Source: Nitrososphaeria archaeon (lineage in GTDB: Archaea > Thermoproteota > Nitrososphaeria > JACIWG01). Taken from it: 64,000 nucleotides of DNA. The stretch lies in NCBI GenBank assembly GCA_963752255.1, contig CAVVXT010000012.1, positions 128,001 through 192,000 of the forward strand, in the 5' to 3' direction. Within the stretch, counting starts at the first letter, position 1, and the number at the start of each line of letters is the position of its first letter. This document shows positions 63,487-64,000 of the stretch, in pieces. The notes under the pieces are model-generated. The model ran no database searches and had not been told where the DNA came from. It worked only from the letters and a program-made list of their open reading frames with translations. The position numbers were made by a program, and so were the translations under genes.

Positions 63487-64000
63487 TTGAAACTTGCAAT
63501 GTTTTGCTGGGAATTTCCACCTCGAATTGTTGGGGGACTTGGCTCTTATATTTCAGAAATAACACCTAAGATTATTTCAAAAGGACACGATATTACAGTC
63601 TTTACGTTTAATGACGGTAAACTCAAAACCCACGACGTGTTTAAAGGTATTGAAGTTCACCGACCGGAGGTTGTTGATATGACAGACGTATTTCCCTCAG
63701 TTGTGAGCGAAGATATTGCGAGATGGGGTAGTGGAACGGAATTTTTTTCGGAAGTTATGACGAGCAACATTTTAAGTTCAGCAAAACTGATCAACCAGCT
63801 TGTCAAATTTGATAACAGGGAATTTAATTTGATAGTCGCTCATGACTGGCTTTCTTTTATGGGTGGAATAATTTCAAAGAGAGAACTCAAACTGCCACTT
63901 GTAACCCACTTTCATTCCACGGAAAAGGGTAGAAGTGTCGGCGATGGATCAAAAACTATCGTAGAACTTGAAACCATCGGCGGAAAAATCGCCGACAAGG
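63487..64000 (+). CDS. GT4 glycosyltransferase (glycogen synthase-like), runs off the window end
   Basis: TTG start; MKLAMFCWEFPPRIVGGLG...AHDWL...HFHSTEKGR; divergent from GH57. Confidence 0.9.
   Translation, partial: MKLAMFCWEFPPRIVGGLGSYISEITPKIISKGHDITVFTFNDGKLKTHDVFKGIEVHRPEVVDMTDVFPSVVSEDIARWGSGTEFFSEVMTSNILSSAKLINQLVKFDNREFNLIVAHDWLSFMGGIISKRELKLPLVTHFHSTEKGRSVGDGSKTIVELETIGGKIADK

Overview
Archaeal chromosomal window, TACK-like. The gene order of the LysW cluster resembles Nitrososphaerota and the sugar-metabolism content suggests a heterotroph; both are inferences. Bases 1-10 kb hold a complete LysW-dependent arginine/lysine cluster (argG-argH-lysW-argX-lysY-lysZ-lysJ-lysM-hcs-lysX-lysK). 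Next come a ROK kinase, tsaA, a small protein resembling eukaryotic ubiquitin directly behind htpX, a HAD phosphatase, SOD, a second M48 protease and tRNA-Gln(CTG). A gene-poor accessory island of about 7 kb follows the tRNA. It carries three GYD-domain genes, a nucleotidyltransferase-kinase fusion, CsbD, several micro-ORFs and decayed mobile-element fragments. Two of the GYD genes are recent duplicates that differ almost only at amino-acid-changing codons. The rest of the window is housekeeping and carbohydrate metabolism: pterin genes, rubrerythrin, bacterial-type GAPDH and PfkA, pgk, ppsA, an ABC exporter, Ogg1, a DHS-like enzyme, guaA, a polyol catabolic operon, H+-PPase, a DUF1998 helicase, apgM, GH57 and GT4. 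About a dozen single-base frameshifts in otherwise intact genes look like long-read consensus errors. All family calls come from motif recognition by eye; no searches were run.
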